Shown one piece after another: positions 42,228 to 52,514 of a stretch of DNA of 64,000 bases. This DNA is from an uncultured Verrucomicrobiae bacterium (GTDB lineage Bacteria; Verrucomicrobiota; Verrucomicrobiia; Opitutales; JABDGR01): the NCBI GenBank assembly GCA_963765205.1, contig CAVXVB010000005.1:544001-608000 (forward strand), given 5' to 3'. Under the pieces are notes generated by a model that was not told the origin of the DNA, ran no database searches, and saw only the letters and a list, made by a program, of their open reading frames with translations. Position numbers and translations under genes: made by a program. The number at the start of each line of letters is the position of its first letter. Position 1 is the stretch's first letter.

Positions 42228-43440
42228 TTAATACTTAACCGTGCCCGAGATCGTAACGACGTTGATGTTATAGGTGGCACCCGGCAGGCTCGAGTCTGTT
42301 CATGAAGTAGGTGTAACCCGCCGAAAGCGTCAGCCAGTTATAGGCCAGCCAGTTGATGGTGATGCCACTTGAGTAGGTGTTGTCGTCGCGGGTGGTCTGG
42401 AGGTATTGCGAGTAGGTGTAATTCAAAATATTGGCCTGCACATTGATGGAGTCCGTATAGGTATAGTTCAAGCCCAGAGCGCCACTGGTGCTTTCCACAT
42501 TTTGGCCTTGGGTGCCCGTGGAAAATCCACGACTGCCCGCCACGGTGAAGTGGACCTTTTCAGAATAGGCATAGGCGAGGTTCAGGCCGTAGCTGGCCGT
42601 CGTGCTGGTGATCGAGGGATTGGTGGTGGTCGCCGTCACATGGTTTTCCGTCACGCCGACGTTGGCGCTACCGGTCAACTTTTGCCAGGAAGTCAATTGG
42701 GCGTTGAGGCTGACTTCATTGCTCTCATGCACCGCCGCCGAGCCGGGGTTGGCCGCGGAGCCCTTGGCATCGGTCTGCTGATAAGTGTAGCCCAAGCCAA
42801 AGCTCAGGTCCGAGCTGTAAACGTAGTAGGCCGTGGCCGGAATGGTATAAGTGTCGGAATTGTTAAAGTTCTGGCCTTCCGAATACAGATAAGTGTTTTG
42901 GGAGTAATCCAGGGCCGCATCAAAGTTGAATTTTTCCGACATGTTCCAATGCACGTCAGCACCACCATTCAGTGTGTCCGTTCGAATGATGGAGGTGAGG
43001 CTGGGGCCACCGACGGCGCTCGGGGTGTTTTGGTAAGATTGCGCATACGAGCCGGTCAAGGTGAAGGTAAAGCGGCTTTGCACGCGGGTATAACTCAAGC
43101 CGATGTTGGACAGTTCCTCATTGAGGGACGGATGCCGGTCATAACGCAGGAACGTCTCGTTATAGCTCAAGGTGCTTTCGCCCACATCGTCCGGTTTGCC
43201 ATAATCCAGCAGGACGCCCGGATTGATGGTAAAGACGAGGTCATCAAACTTGTTGGGGCCGCCCGGGGCGGAGAGGACGTTGGAGTTATAGGCTATGCTC
43301 GCAGCGCCATTGAAGGTCAGGAAATTGGGCCCCAAGCTGTCGAGTGGCGCGGGCAAAGGCGCCGCGGAGAGATGAGACTGAAACGTCACGACCGCGAGCA
43401 GGGCGGCCATGGCAAGCATGGTTTTGGTGGAGAATTTCAT
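42228..43440 (-). CDS. Outer-membrane beta-barrel protein (BBP2/EPS-export associated type), frameshifted near 42298
   Basis: Signal peptide, YNSNVL...DDLVFTINPG, alternating aromatic strands; removing one base gives ...NDSSLPGATYNINVVTISGTVKY*, with a terminal aromatic residue. Confidence 0.8.
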
Positions 43441-43787
43441 TGTGATTGGTCCAGTTCGAATGGAGGGGTAGCGACTGAATAGTGAAAGGAAACAGGATTA
43501 GCCCCCCTTGGTCAACCATCTTTTTCCGGGCGACGCAAGCCGGTTTTTCATAAAAAATAACTGCATCGAAACAAGGCCAGGCACCGTGTGGCGCCCCGCG
43601 CCCCTGCCCGTGGCTAAAATGAAGCGTCAGGTATCGGCCTGAATCGAAGAAGCCTCGCCAGGCATCCACAGTTGCCAAAAGGGCGCCAGGCGTCCATTGT
43701 GGGTCAATTGCCTGAGCGTCTTGAGGTTCCAGGGAACCCAACCCCCTGGCCACGGGACTTATCCAACAAGCAACTCGCCTGATTATC

Positions 43788-45524
43788 ATGGCCCACGAAA
43801 ATACCTTCGGAGACCCCAAAGCGGAGATCGTCACCTCGATTTGGTTCGGGCTGGCGGCGATCCGCCGTTATCCGGGCGGCCCGCGCCGGTTGCGGATCCG
43901 CTGGCTGCGCCTCCTGGGCACCACCCTGGGGTTGGGCGCGGTGGCGTGGCTGCTGGCGGCGCTGGCTTTGTATTTCTTCTTCAAACTTTACCGCGGCGAC
44001 CAGGATGAGCGATTCGTCGAGGATCTCACGCTCTTTGTGCCGTCCCATTTCTGGGCGCATGACCGCGAGGTCGGTGAATACTTTCTCAAACAAGGTGAAA
44101 TCAATCTGAATAACCACCAGCTCAATGAAGCCTTGAATGATTTCCGGCTCGGCGTGATGAAAGTGAAGGATAATCTGCACGGCCGCACCATCCTCGCCGA
44201 CTTTTACTATCTTTATTACCGCGGCCAGATTGACAATTCCTTGGACATCCTCGAGGCCGGCCTGCCCTACGCCGTCCAGAACAGCGACTCCGCCGACACC
44301 AATAAAGAACGCCACGACTACATTAATGACTTCCTGCTGCGCCTGCAACAGGCGCACGAACCGGAAAAGCTTGAGAGAATCTGCCTGCAATACCTCAATC
44401 TGCCCACCCCGAGCGTGCGCGACTTGTTTGCCCTCAACCTCGCCTCGCTCTATATTGACTCAGGCCGCTTCGATGACGCCGACGCGCTCATCAAAAAATT
44501 CCAGCTCGAACAGCTTTTGGACGGCGTCCTGCTGGAAAGCCGCCTGTTGCGCGAAAGCGGCCGCATCTACGACGCGCCCAAATACCTGAAGGAGGCCAGC
44601 ACCCGCTTTCCCAACAACAAGTATATCTACGGCCTGTTGTCCGGCTACTACCGGGACCTGGGGGACCTCGATCAATCGGAGGGCTATATCCTGTTGCGCG
44701 AAGAGGCCGCGCCCGACGATCCCGCGCCGCGCATCGAGCGACTGTATATCACCGCCAAACGCGGCGACCAGGCGGAGCTGGCCCTCGAAACGCAGGAGAT
44801 CGCCACCCAATTCCATGCGGACGCCTCCGCGATGATCCTGCTGGCGAGTTTTGCCACCGACCAGGGCAACGTGGAGCTCGCCAAAAGCCTCTTCGACAAC
44901 GCGCAGACCCAGTATCAGATGGACCTAAAGACCATGGGTAAATCCAATTTCAACCTCGCCTCTTTCGCCCTGCTGATCTGCGAGGCCTACCTCACCAACG
45001 ACGACTACCATGGTGCGCTCGCGTATCTGGACACCCTGAACCTCAGCAAGCCGGAGTGGCTCGAACCGAACCGCCTGCTCTTTGACAGCATGCGCGCCGT
45101 GGCCGACTATGGCATTGGCAACTTCTACGATGCCAATGCCTACCTCACCGAGCTCATTAAATCGAACACCACGCGACCCGACACGCTAATGACCATCGCC
45201 AACCGTTTTCTCAGCCATGGCGCCTTCGACCAGGCCCAACGCCTCCTTTACGCCGCCCACCGCATGGACCCGCATAACCAAGCCATCCTTGCCCAGCTTA
45301 TTACCACCAACCTCCAAATGGGTAATTCGGTGGACATGAACCAGAACTTGAAAGATTTGCTCAACACCCGCCGCCCGCCGCTGGACCTTTTGGTTGACGC
45401 CTATCGGCAGCTCGGTTCCGACCGCTTCACCTTTGTCCCCAACCGGGAAGACCTGCTCAACCAGCTGCAGAAGTATATCCACGACGCCACCATCAAGATT
45501 CACCAGGAAGCGGACAATTCGTAA
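43788..45524 (+). CDS. Membrane-anchored tetratricopeptide-repeat protein
   Basis: N-terminal TM; TPR-like helices (LASLYIDSGRFDDADAL; GAFDQAQRLLYAAHRMDP). Confidence 0.75.
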   Translation: MAHENTFGDPKAEIVTSIWFGLAAIRRYPGGPRRLRIRWLRLLGTTLGLGAVAWLLAALALYFFFKLYRGDQDERFVEDLTLFVPSHFWAHDREVGEYFLKQGEINLNNHQLNEALNDFRLGVMKVKDNLHGRTILADFYYLYYRGQIDNSLDILEAGLPYAVQNSDSADTNKERHDYINDFLLRLQQAHEPEKLERICLQYLNLPTPSVRDLFALNLASLYIDSGRFDDADALIKKFQLEQLLDGVLLESRLLRESGRIYDAPKYLKEASTRFPNNKYIYGLLSGYYRDLGDLDQSEGYILLREEAAPDDPAPRIERLYITAKRGDQAELALETQEIATQFHADASAMILLASFATDQGNVELAKSLFDNAQTQYQMDLKTMGKSNFNLASFALLICEAYLTNDDYHGALAYLDTLNLSKPEWLEPNRLLFDSMRAVADYGIGNFYDANAYLTELIKSNTTRPDTLMTIANRFLSHGAFDQAQRLLYAAHRMDPHNQAILAQLITTNLQMGNSVDMNQNLKDLLNTRRPPLDLLVDAYRQLGSDRFTFVPNREDLLNQLQKYIHDATIKIHQEADNS

Positions 45525-45581
45525 GCCGATCTGAATCCAGTTGGATACTGTTTGCGCCTGGCCTGCCCCCTGACTTTCGTC

Positions 45582-46889
45582 ATGAATATTCGCGCCCTCC
45601 GCTTTGCGGGCCACTGCGCGGCCGGTGTTTTGCTGCTGCCAGGCCTGCCCCCCTTGCTCGCGCAAAGCGCCCCGCCGACCACGCTTCCGCCGGCGGCCCT
45701 GGCCAGCGCCAGCAATGCGTTTGCCTGCGACCTCTACCGGCAAATCGCGACCGCGCCACAGGCCAATGTTTTTTTCTCACCGTGGAGCCTGGAGACCGCC
45801 CTGGCCATGACCTGGGCCGGCGCGCGCGGCGACACCGCCACGCAAATGGCCCAGACCTTGCATCTCGAAGGCCAAACCACCGACCAGGTGACCCCCGCCT
45901 TCGCGATCTTGCAGCAGGCGCTCGCCGACGCCGGCAAGCAGGCGGGCGTGCAACTCGCCGTGGCCAATTCGCTCTGGCTCGAACAGTATTTCACGTTCCG
46001 TCCCGAGTTCATAAAAATAGTTCAAACTAATTTTTTGTCCGATGCGTTCACCGTGGACTACCGGACGCAGGCCGAGGCCGCGCGCCTGCGCATCAATGCC
46101 TGGGTCGCGGAGCAAACCCAGCAGCGCATCCCGAACCTCCTCCAGCCCGGCGATGTGGGCCCGAGCACCCGCCTCGTCCTCGTGAACGCCATCTACTTCA
46201 AAGGCAACTGGGTGGAGAAATTTGACGCGCAAGCAACTACAACCGCCGCGTTCACCCTCAGTGATGGCAGTGTGAAACAAACTGCCTTCATGCATCATGC
46301 CATGCATGGCGCGCGCTACGCCGAGCTGCCCGGCGACGCGACGCCATTGCAAATCCTCGCCCTGCCTTACAAGGGAAACAGCCTCGAATTCGTCGCGCTG
46401 TTGCCGAAAACGCCCGCGGACCTGCCCGCGCTGGAGAAGTCCCTTACTGCCGATAAGTTGGCATCCTGGCTGGGCCGCCTGCCGACCGGAGGAGGCCCGG
46501 TGGATGTTTATCTGCCCAAGTTCAAGGTCGAGGCGCATTACGGACTGGTGGAACCCTTGCAAGCGCTCGGCATGAAAGAGGCGTTTAACGGAACGGTGCA
46601 GGCAGCGGGCGACGTGGGTAGTTTGGATGACCAAGTGAAGGCTGATTTTTCCGGCATGGACGGCCGGCGCGATCTTTTTATCAACAACGTCGTCCATCAG
46701 GCGTTTGTTGAGGTGAACGAGGAAGGGACGGAGGCGGCCGCGGCCACGGGCGTCGTCATGAACGCGCTGGCTGTGCGGGCCGGCCCGGTGCCCGTCTTCC
46801 GCGCCGACCATCCGTTCCTTTTTCTGATTCGCGACCCGGCCAGCGGCGCCATATTATTCCTGGGCCGCTTGGCCACGCCGGCGGATTAA
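45582..46889 (+). CDS. Serpin (serine protease inhibitor), secreted
   Basis: NVFFSPWS, LVNAIYFKGNW, EEGTEAAAATG hinge, FRADHPFLFLI. Confidence 0.96.
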   Translation: MNIRALRFAGHCAAGVLLLPGLPPLLAQSAPPTTLPPAALASASNAFACDLYRQIATAPQANVFFSPWSLETALAMTWAGARGDTATQMAQTLHLEGQTTDQVTPAFAILQQALADAGKQAGVQLAVANSLWLEQYFTFRPEFIKIVQTNFLSDAFTVDYRTQAEAARLRINAWVAEQTQQRIPNLLQPGDVGPSTRLVLVNAIYFKGNWVEKFDAQATTTAAFTLSDGSVKQTAFMHHAMHGARYAELPGDATPLQILALPYKGNSLEFVALLPKTPADLPALEKSLTADKLASWLGRLPTGGGPVDVYLPKFKVEAHYGLVEPLQALGMKEAFNGTVQAAGDVGSLDDQVKADFSGMDGRRDLFINNVVHQAFVEVNEEGTEAAAATGVVMNALAVRAGPVPVFRADHPFLFLIRDPASGAILFLGRLATPAD

Positions 46890-47725
46890 GGCGGCCAATC
46901 GAAATCCAAGGCACCCGAATAGGGTTTGTGGCTGCCATCCGCGATGCCCTGCGGTTGATTGTCGTTTACTTTAATGGTCAAAAATTGCACCTGGCTGACT
47001 TTTACTTCCACGGGACCACTGGAAGTGACGGTTTGCGAGGCGCCTTTTTTGAGTGGCTTGGTGTAAAGCGGTTTGCGTCCGTCCAGTTGGACGACTTGCA
47101 GGCTCGCGATGTCGTCACTGGCGGTGAAAACCAATTTCAACATCCCGGGTGCGGGCGGCGTGGCGATGGGCGTGGGCATCGGCGCGGGCGAAGTGGCTGC
47201 TGGTAATGATGTATTCCCGGAGGTTGCCATGCTGGCCGACTTGTCGGTGTTTTCGGTGCTGGTGCCGCTATTAAGCAAATGCTGCAAGCCCAGGAATAAC
47301 ACCACAATACCCGCCACTGCGAGGAGGAGGTAGGCCACCAGGCGAATGAGGGCCATTTGGTTCTTCGCGCGTTCTGAGTCGTAATCTTTTGCGCCACCCG
47401 ACTCGCGCCCAGCGGCCGCGCCGCCCGCCAGCTGAGCGCCGGGGGCGTCCAGCCGTCCCAGGTTGTTGCGGTCACCGCGGCCCGCGCTGGAAAACTGCGT
47501 GGCGTAATCGGCGGCGAGCTGGCCGGCGTCGAGCTTGAGGTAACGGGCGTAAATTTTCAGGAAACCGACCTTGTAAATTTCCGGCAGCGAGAAATCGAAC
47601 GTGCCCGTCTCCATGGACTGGAGATAGTCGGTGCGGATTTTGGTGGCTTCGGAGGCTTCGCGCAAAGCGATACCCAGACGCTTGCGCGCCTCGGCCAGCC
47701 GGTCGCCCACATTTTGCATGCTCAC
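46886..47725 (-). CDS. rodZ: RodZ-like HTH membrane protein
   Basis: GDRLAEARKRLG...TKIRTDYLQSME...GFLKIYARYLKLD, TM segment, periplasmic beta domain. Confidence 0.8.
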   Translation of the reverse strand: MSMQNVGDRLAEARKRLGIALREASEATKIRTDYLQSMETGTFDFSLPEIYKVGFLKIYARYLKLDAGQLAADYATQFSSAGRGDRNNLGRLDAPGAQLAGGAAAGRESGGAKDYDSERAKNQMALIRLVAYLLLAVAGIVVLFLGLQHLLNSGTSTENTDKSASMATSGNTSLPAATSPAPMPTPIATPPAPGMLKLVFTASDDIASLQVVQLDGRKPLYTKPLKKGASQTVTSSGPVEVKVSQVQFLTIKVNDNQPQGIADGSHKPYSGALDFDWPP

Positions 47726-47827
47726 GAGAGCGGGTGTAATGGAAAAGCGCAGCGGGTGGCAACTCCTTTTCCAGGAATATCTTGGTGGGGGCGAAATTCT
47801 CCCCTCCGGTTTGCAGCCCGGCGCCGG

Positions 47828-49015
47828 TTACGCCCCGGCTTCCAGCAGGCGGATGCGGCGGTTTTGCAGGGGGAATTGGAGGGTGACGGTCGTGCCCCGG
47901 CCCACCGTGCTTTCGAGGGAAATCTGGCCGCCATGCGCGCGCATGATGCGCTGCGCGATCATCATGCCGAGGCCGTGCCCGCCGCGCTTAGTTGAGAAAT
48001 AGGGCTGGAACACGCGCGGCAAATCCGCCTGCGCGATGCCCACGCCGTTGTCGGCGACGGCAATCTGCACCCAAGCGTCGTCCACCCGCGCTTCGAGGCG
48101 CAGGCGGCCGCCGCGCTCCATCGCCTCCATCGCGTTTTTAAGCAGGTTGAAAAACACCTGCTTGAGCTGGTTGCGGTCGCCCAAGACCGGCGGCGGCGCT
48201 TGCACGACCTCGACTTCGACGCGGATGCCGAGGTTTTCCAACTCCTGCTGCCGCAGCGCGAGCACCTCGGCCAGCAGGGCGAGCAAATCCACCTCGGCCA
48301 AATCCGGCGGCTGCGGGCGGAGGGCCTCGAGAAAATGGCGGATAATGCCATCAAGCCGTTCGACCTCGGCCACGCAGATGTCGGCCGACTCCTTGATTTT
48401 TTGGGTGGCCGCGCTGTCGCGCAACTTGGCGATTTGGCGCTCGATGAGCTGCAAATGGATGTTCATCGAGTTGAGCGGGTTGCCCAGCTCGTGCGCGACA
48501 CCCGCGGCCAGCATTGTGACGGAGTCGAGCCGCTCGCTCTCGATCAGGTCGCGGGTCGAGCGCTGCTCCTCGGTGACATCGCTGAGGATGATGGCGAACT
48601 GGCCCTCCGCGCCGCGCTTGCGGTCCGCCGCCAGCGGCACGACGTAGAGGCGCACATGGCGGCGCTCCGGGTAGGTGATTTCCAGCTCGCGCGTGAGGGC
48701 GCGGGCGGGCGGTGGGTCGCCGCTCGGGCGCGGGGCGAAGTCGAGCGCGCGCGCCAGTTCGGGCAGCACTTTCCAGAGGCGCGCCTGGCCGGCGTCGCGC
48801 TCGCGCAGGCCGAGGAGGGTCCGCGCCGCGGTGTTGGTGTATTGGATGACGCCGTCGCGGTCCACCACGAGGATGCCGTCCTTGATGGTGTTGAAAACGG
48901 TCTCGAGCGTCTCGCGCTCGCGCGCCAGGCGCTGGGCGAGGATGGCGAGGTTGCCCGGATCGAGGTCGTCAATCCGGCCCAGGATGCGTTCGAGAGGGTG
49001 GCCGCGGCGGGACAT
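47828..49015 (-). CDS. PAS-domain sensor histidine kinase (NtrB-like)
   Basis: AHELGNPLN, NLLKNAMEAM, DNGVG, GHGLG. Confidence 0.92.
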   Translation of the reverse strand: MSRRGHPLERILGRIDDLDPGNLAILAQRLARERETLETVFNTIKDGILVVDRDGVIQYTNTAARTLLGLRERDAGQARLWKVLPELARALDFAPRPSGDPPPARALTRELEITYPERRHVRLYVVPLAADRKRGAEGQFAIILSDVTEEQRSTRDLIESERLDSVTMLAAGVAHELGNPLNSMNIHLQLIERQIAKLRDSAATQKIKESADICVAEVERLDGIIRHFLEALRPQPPDLAEVDLLALLAEVLALRQQELENLGIRVEVEVVQAPPPVLGDRNQLKQVFFNLLKNAMEAMERGGRLRLEARVDDAWVQIAVADNGVGIAQADLPRVFQPYFSTKRGGHGLGMMIAQRIMRAHGGQISLESTVGRGTTVTLQFPLQNRRIRLLEAGA

Positions 49016-49021
49016 GACTTT

Positions 49022-49195
49022 TTAAGGCCGGGGGCTTTTCGTGCGTTTCCGGCGAAACGGAGCCAACAATTTTTCTCCCGTGTCGTTCAGACGCAGGTAA
49101 TAGCCGGGGGCGTTTTCCGCCTCACGCGCAATCTGTTCCTTGATCCGCCTGACTTCCAGCAAGACTTTCGGTTCGCTAATTGCAGGAATTTTCAT
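49022..49195 (-). CDS. Small hypothetical protein coupled to the PIN gene
   Basis: MKIPAISEPKVLLEVRRIKEQIARE...; its ATG overlaps the PIN stop (ATGA). Confidence 0.6.
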   Translation of the reverse strand: MKIPAISEPKVLLEVRRIKEQIAREAENAPGYYLRLNDTGEKLLAPFRRKRTKSPRP

Positions 49196-49648
49196 AAGCC
49201 GATCACCTCCTCCGGAGTATGAATGCGAATGGGCGCCAAGCCCATCACCAAATTGCTCCGGTTGATGTTTTCGATGCGCCGCACATTGGCCAAGTGTTTC
49301 ATGTTCCAGGTTACCACAACATCCAGGCGGTTGAGAACTGCAATCGCCACATGCAAGGCGTCGTTGCGATAGCGCGCGGGCAGCGCCCCGTCGGCCACAT
49401 AACGTTGCGCGAGACCTTCCCGGGATAATACCGAGCAGTTGTGGATCAAGGCGGGCGACCACGGCCAACAATTTTCCGCGTAGGCTTGGCTCGGCCCGGT
49501 TCAATTCCGCCAGGACAAGTTCGGACACAAAATACTCGTCCGGGCTGATGCCCGACCATGCAAAGAATCGTTCGGTGGCAACTTTCTTTTCGGGCGCGTC
49601 ATCCGCAAAGAGAAAGTTCGGCACCGTGGTTTCAATATACAGTTTCAC
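49192..49648 (-). CDS. PIN-domain (VapC-like) protein, frameshifted near 49420
   Basis: KLYIETTVP, VSELVLAEL, DALHVAIA, VVTWNMKHL, IHTPEEV split over two frames. Confidence 0.8.
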
Positions 49649-49653
49649 GAGAG

Positions 49654-49842
49654 CTACTTTATGAGATTCGTGGCGAGGTCGGCGGGAAGGTCGTCCGCCA
49701 TGCCGTCGAAATCCTTGAGCGTTTCCCACAACGTGGGAGGCTGCTCTTCGGCCAATTCAAAGCGCACCCGCGTTCCCGTCGGCCAGGGTGTTCCCGGCGG
49801 CAGCACAATTTTGCCCGCTTCGACTGTGGCAGAGATGCTCAT
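49654..49842 (-). CDS. AbrB/DUF104-like antitoxin, apparently C-terminally truncated
   Basis: ATVEAGKIVLP...PTGTRVR...GMADDLPADLATN then stop. Confidence 0.65.
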   Translation of the reverse strand: MSISATVEAGKIVLPPGTPWPTGTRVRFELAEEQPPTLWETLKDFDGMADDLPADLATNLIK

Positions 49843-49896
49843 TTTCGGCCTAGTTTGCACAATACTAACTCCTTATGCAACGGGATTTTTGACTTC

Positions 49897-50541
49897 TCAT
49901 ATTGCAGTTTTGGACAAACGCACAATTAATTCCCGTGCCAATTTCGCCTTCGGCGCGGGGCCGAGGGCGGCACGCGTGCCGTCGCGGCCGATTAAGATTA
50001 CCGTGTTGTGGTCGGACTCGAAGCCGGCGCCGGGGCGGCCCACGCGGTTGGCGATGATGAAATCGAGGTTTTTTTCCCGAAGCTTGCGGCGCGCGTAGGT
50101 TTCGAGGTGGCGGGTCTCGGCTGCGAAGCCGACCACAAGCTGGCCGGGGCGTTTGCGCGCCGCGACTTTTTGCAAAATGTCCACCGTCGGCTCGAACTCG
50201 ACGACCAAACCGGCCCGTCCTTTTTTGACTTTGTCGGCGAAGGTTTTTTTCGGGCGGAAGTCGCTGACCGCGGCGCACATCAGCAGCACGTCGCAGCGCG
50301 CGAACAATTTTTCCACGGCGGCCAGCATCTCTACCGCCGAGACGACGCGCCGCACCTTGACCCCCGCCGGGGGCGGCAGCGCGACCGGCCCGCTGACCAA
50401 ATCCACGCGCCAGCCCGCCGCCGCCGCCGCCGCCGCCAGCGCATAGCCCATCTTGCCGCTCGAGGGGTTGCTCAGGAAGCGGACGGGGTCGAGGTGCTCG
50501 CGCGTCGGCCCGGCAGTGATAAGACAGCGGATGGGTTTCAT
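49897..50541 (-). CDS. coaB: Phosphopantothenate-cysteine ligase (stand-alone CoaB domain)
   Basis: [39 protein letters not shown]. Confidence 0.93.
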   Translation of the reverse strand: MKPIRCLITAGPTREHLDPVRFLSNPSSGKMGYALAAAAAAAGWRVDLVSGPVALPPPAGVKVRRVVSAVEMLAAVEKLFARCDVLLMCAAVSDFRPKKTFADKVKKGRAGLVVEFEPTVDILQKVAARKRPGQLVVGFAAETRHLETYARRKLREKNLDFIIANRVGRPGAGFESDHNTVILIGRDGTRAALGPAPKAKLARELIVRLSKTAI

Positions 50542-50555
50542 GAAGAAATTAATTG

Positions 50556-50651
50556 AACCACGGAGAGCACTGAGAACACGGAGGAGGAATAGTTTCGAGT
50601 TTCGGGTTTCGAGTTGAATTCCTCTCCGTGTTCTCCGTGCTCTCCGTGGTT
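50556..50651. repeat. Inverted 9-mer arrays enclosing a 7-mer array
   Basis: AACCACGGAGAGCACTGAGAACACGGAG ... (GTTTCGA GTTTCGG GTTTCGA) ... CTCCGTGTTCTCCGTGCTCTCCGTGGTT. Confidence 0.85.
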
Positions 50652-51598
50652 TACATCTTCCTAAAGCATTTTTCGGCGGCAACGCAATCGCGCGCAATTT
50701 GCTCGCGCAAGGCATCCAACGTCGCGAATTTTTTCTCGGGGCGCAAGAACTCCAGCCACTCGACGCGCACCCGCGCGCGCGGGCCGGGCGCTGGGCCGCG
50801 GCCGAGCAGGTGCGTTTCGAGGAGTGGTTTCACCGGCCCTTGTTCGACCGTCGGGCGCACGCCGTAATTGGCCACTCCACGCCGCCAGCGGCCCGTGGTT
50901 GTGCGCAGGCGCACCACATAAACACCGTAGGCTGGCCGCGTCTCCGGTTCCCAGACCACGTTGAGCGTCGGGAAACCAAGTTGGCGGCCTTGTTGGCGGC
51001 CGGGCTGGACGACGCCGTCGCAATAATAGGTGTAGCCGAGGAGCCGGCCCGCAGTGGCGATGGCGCCGCGCGCGAGCAGTTCGCGGATGCGCGTGCTGGA
51101 AACGGGCCGGCCATTGTGCCGCAGCCGGGCGACGCTGACCACGGCGAGGCCTCGTTCGCGCCCAGTCCGCACCAGCAAGGCGACATCCCCCGCGCGCCCA
51201 TGCCCGAAGCGGAAATTCTCGCCGACATAAACCGCGGCCAGATTCGGCAGGCGTTTTTTCAAATAGGCGAGAAAATGCTCCGCGCGCAGGCGCGCGAACC
51301 CGCGCGTAAACGGCTGGGTAATGACGAGGCGGACGCCGAACGTGCGCAAAAACTGCGTCTTTTGCTCCGGCGGCATGAGCAGCCGGGTTGGCGTTTCTGG
51401 CCGGAACAGGCGGCTCGGGTGCGGATAAAAAGTCAGCACGGCCGCGGTACCACCGTCCTGGCGCGCCGAGTGCAGCGCGGCCTCGATGACTGCCTGATGG
51501 CCGAGGTGTACGCCGTCGAACATGCCGATGGCCAAATGCAGCGGCCCCGGCGGGGGCCGGGCGTTGGCAAGCGAAACGGCATGAGGTTGGGCGCTCAT
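50651..51598 (-). CDS. ribF: Bifunctional riboflavin kinase / FAD synthetase
   Basis: IGMFDGVHLGHQ, TFYPHP, VSSTRIR, GRQLGFPTLN, ETHLL, LRPEKKF. Confidence 0.96.
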   Translation of the reverse strand: MSAQPHAVSLANARPPPGPLHLAIGMFDGVHLGHQAVIEAALHSARQDGGTAAVLTFYPHPSRLFRPETPTRLLMPPEQKTQFLRTFGVRLVITQPFTRGFARLRAEHFLAYLKKRLPNLAAVYVGENFRFGHGRAGDVALLVRTGRERGLAVVSVARLRHNGRPVSSTRIRELLARGAIATAGRLLGYTYYCDGVVQPGRQQGRQLGFPTLNVVWEPETRPAYGVYVVRLRTTTGRWRRGVANYGVRPTVEQGPVKPLLETHLLGRGPAPGPRARVRVEWLEFLRPEKKFATLDALREQIARDCVAAEKCFRKM

Positions 51599-51661
51599 GA
51601 GGCGGAAGGGAAAATGGAAATTCCAGTCTATCACGGACGCCGGGTAGAGGCGTCTCTCCCA

Positions 51662-52390
51662 TTACAGCACATGGCTGGGCACAGCCTGGTAAACGGGAAT
51701 GAGGCGGCGGCGGACGTTGGCGTGGCTCAGTGTGTCGAACTGGGCGAGCGCGGCGGCGTCGGCGATGCGAAACTGGCCCGAGGCGGTGCGGCGCAGGGCA
51801 TTGAGCGTCGCGCCGCAGCCGAGCTTGGTTCCCAAGTCGTGCGTGATGGTGCGCACGTAGGTGCCCTTCGAGCTGCGCAGGCGGAAGGTGGCCGTGGGCG
51901 GCGTGAATTCGAGCAACTCAAAAACATCCACACGAATGAAGCGCGGCTCGCGTTCGACCACCTGACCCTTGCGCGCGAGCTTGTAGAGCGGCACGCCATG
52001 GATTTTTTTCGCGGAGAACATGGGCGGGGTCTGGAACTGGTCGCCGACAAAGGTCTGCATCGCGGCGCGCAAGCCGGCGGCGTCCAGCTCCGGCACGGGA
52101 TGGGTCGCGACAATTTCGCCGTCGGCGTCATGCGAATCGGTGATTTTGCCCAGTTCAAAAGCACCCTCGTATTCCTTGTCGAGGCTGGTCAGGTATTGCG
52201 ATACCTTGGTGGCGCGGCCGACGAGGATGACCAACAGGCCGGTGGCCAGCGGATCAAGCGTGCCAGCGTGGCCGATTTGGCGGAGGCCCAAGCGGTGGCG
52301 CAGCCGCGCGACGACGTCATGCGAGGTCATGCCGCTGGGTTTGTCCACGAGGAGAATCCCCTCGAGTTGATGCGGATCGGACGCAGGCAT
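51662..52390 (-). CDS. truB: tRNA pseudouridine(55) synthase
   Basis: [39 protein letters not shown]. Confidence 0.97.
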   Translation of the reverse strand: MPASDPHQLEGILLVDKPSGMTSHDVVARLRHRLGLRQIGHAGTLDPLATGLLVILVGRATKVSQYLTSLDKEYEGAFELGKITDSHDADGEIVATHPVPELDAAGLRAAMQTFVGDQFQTPPMFSAKKIHGVPLYKLARKGQVVEREPRFIRVDVFELLEFTPPTATFRLRSSKGTYVRTITHDLGTKLGCGATLNALRRTASGQFRIADAAALAQFDTLSHANVRRRLIPVYQAVPSHVL

Positions 52391-52393
52391 GGG

Positions 52394-52514
52394 GGAATTA
52401 GGAAGGATGAAGGATGAAGGATGAAACAAAGTTGGATAATTATGCGAAGAAGGGCCTGGAACGGATGGCTCTGGAAGCTTACTTCCTAATTCTTAAAATC
52501 ATAATTCATAATTC
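52394..52514. repeat. Inverted 7-mer arrays between nrnA and truB
   Basis: GAATTAG GAAGGAT GAAGGAT GAAGGAT ... TTCCTAA TTCTTAA AATCATAA TTCATAA TTC. Confidence 0.7.

Noticed and set aside
43655..43680. Possible sigma54 promoter upstream of the beta-barrel gene
   Set aside because: GG-to-GC spacing is 11 nt rather than the required 10
49022..49729. 235-aa ORF as one protein
   Set aside because: Read-through artefact joining the PIN N-half to the downstream small gene via the frameshift
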